NCBI GenBank assembly: GCA_965113315.1
Contig: OZ220371.1
Reading direction: 5' to 3' (one strand)
Source of the DNA: Podarcis vaucheri
Lineage: Eukaryota
Length of the DNA: 64,000 bases
The translations under genes were made by a program, and so were the position numbers. A model generated the notes under the pieces. The model did no database searches and had not been told where the DNA came from. It saw nothing but the letters and a program-made list of their open reading frames with translations. Shown piece by piece: positions 62,173 through 64,000 of this stretch (position 1 is its first letter; every line of letters begins with the position of its first letter).

Positions 62173-62310
62173 CAGCGCTATTTTGCTAGAAAAAGAGGTG
62201 CCAGAACTCACCATGAACACTTCCCTCGCTCTCTTAGAATGGCAATAGCTCCCACCTGAGAGGTGCTGGAACTGAGTTCCTGTGAGTTCCCCTTGGGGAA
62301 AAAAGCCCTG
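62173..62310. mobile_element. hAT MITE
   Basis: Perfect 8-bp TSD GTTAAAAG (62165-62172, 62311-62318); TIRs CAGCGCTATTTT / AAAAAAGCCCTG. Confidence 0.85.
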
Positions 62311-64000
62311 GTTAAAAGGAACCAGAGTTCTGTATCACAGATGGTAGGGTACTAGAGAATGGCTGTGGAAGCCCTAATGTGAAACCTCTTTAAGACCTTT
62401 TCATAGTCTAATCCCACACCTCTGAGTGAGGTGGATCTGACTCAGGAAGCAGAGGCAGTACACTACAGGTGTACAGGAGATGAGCACCTTCAACTTTTAG
62501 GCAAATAAAACAATAAACACTAAGAGACAATTAATTCAAATGATTATTATTTTTTTATCCAAGAGAACTTCTGGCCCACCTGAATGGTTTTCCATGACTA
62601 AACCAACCTTGCCATTATTGGACAATGACCCATAATTCCACCTCTAATACTATACACCTGGGCATGTGTTCCCAGTAAGTATTTCTATCCCTTATTTCCT
62701 TCTGGCAACCTTCTAAATAGAAATATGTCACACTATTGCCTATCATTGGTTCAAGCTAAGGCTGTGGTGGGCCTGCAGGAGAAAGACGTAGTTCCCAGAT
62801 AACATAAACTCAGAGCAACTATCAAAAATACTCTGTATTATACCAGCATCTTATTTAAATGCATATTTTGAAGGGGGGTGAAAAAAAATACACGTTTGTG
62901 ATGATTCCCCCCATTTTATAGACATAGGGTTATAGCCAATGCCAGTACTACACCTGTTGAAATTAATGGGTGAAACTAACTTATGTGTACTAATTTCTGT
63001 GAGTCTACTCTGAGTAGGACTACCATTGGACACAACCATAATGCAATAATTTGGGATGCTAAATTGGAGAGAGAAGAAAAAAGGTTTGTTGATCTTTTAT
63101 TCATAAGCAGCTGGATGGCAATTAAGTTTGAGTTACAGCTATCACTGTCTCTCACATCAATAACATTAGGAGTATGCAAGGCTGAATCTGCTAAATTCCA
63201 AGATTCTTTTTCTCGCCTCATCATGCTTGTTAGACAGTACAGTCTGACAATCTAAGAATGTCCATTTCTTTATTTTTAAAACCCTTACTTTTTGCATAAA
63301 CCAGATACTCCTTAGTATCTGAAAACTGGTATTCTTAGAGAAGCTAAGAGTTTATTAAGTTCAAATTGTTTTGCCTAAAGGAACCGATGAGATTCTTAGA
63401 TGGGGGAAAAAGGAGACAGACTGCTGCAGCCAAAGAGAACGAGAAAGAAATGACCTTGCTTTAAAAGAATATGAAATGTCCACAGAGTGTTAGATTAAGC
63501 AAGGCAGCTGCTACGTCCTTTGCCAATTGAGGACAGACTTACAACTGGAAGGGGATGAGAGAGCAAGTACTATGTGCCCCTGTGTGTCAACAAAAATCCT
63601 TTTGTGTAAGGTAAGTTATTTAGTTAATTCAGAGATGTTAATTTTGCTTAAGTTAAGTGCAAAGGTGTTTTGTGTGTGTTTTTTACAACAAAACAAAAAC
63701 AGAGATTCTGACCTGCCATACACAGAATTTCCTGGCATTTGTGCAATGCAAGAGGTCATTGCTTTAAAAGGGACAGTGCACCATGAACTAGTTTGAATTA
63801 GTGATTGGGTAAGAATGTTGTAGCATGGTTGCAGAAGAGTTTAAACTGAAGCAACAACTGCTGTTGGGTCAAAATGAGCACATGCTATAAATCATCCTTC
63901 AATACTCTGTTCTGAGTAGAAATAAATAACCCTTAAAAATAGGCAAGCCACATTATTCATTGTGCCTTCTTTGGTCTTGCCTACACAGGTAGACAAGTGT

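Overview
Eukaryotic, repeat-rich vertebrate DNA, almost certainly a squamate and probably a lacertid lizard. That call is inferred from Sauria/Squam-type SINEs, CR1 copies with (ATTCTATG)n tails and L2 copies with (TAA)n tails. There are no prokaryotic operons, CRISPR arrays, rRNA or tRNA genes. Main content: (1) a very young Penelope-like element (GIY-YIG, Penelope/Poseidon type) at 6867-8621, inserted in a (TA)n tract as a ~780-bp near-perfect inverted repeat, each arm carrying a hammerhead-ribozyme-like motif; (2) a full-length, apparently intact L1 at 19899-25891 with open ORF1 and ORF2, poly(A) and a perfect 16-bp TSD; (3) many TA-flanked Tc1/mariner-type MITEs, hAT MITEs with 8-bp TSDs, SINEs including a 5S-derived one, CR1/L2 fragments, a probable solo LTR, microsatellites and a 144-N gap; (4) a tentative four-exon 3' end of an unidentified host gene (4412-6177, + strand) ending in a hydrophobic helix, invisible to the ORF track. 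Family names come from recalled motifs, not database searches. Boundaries of old repeats are approximate.
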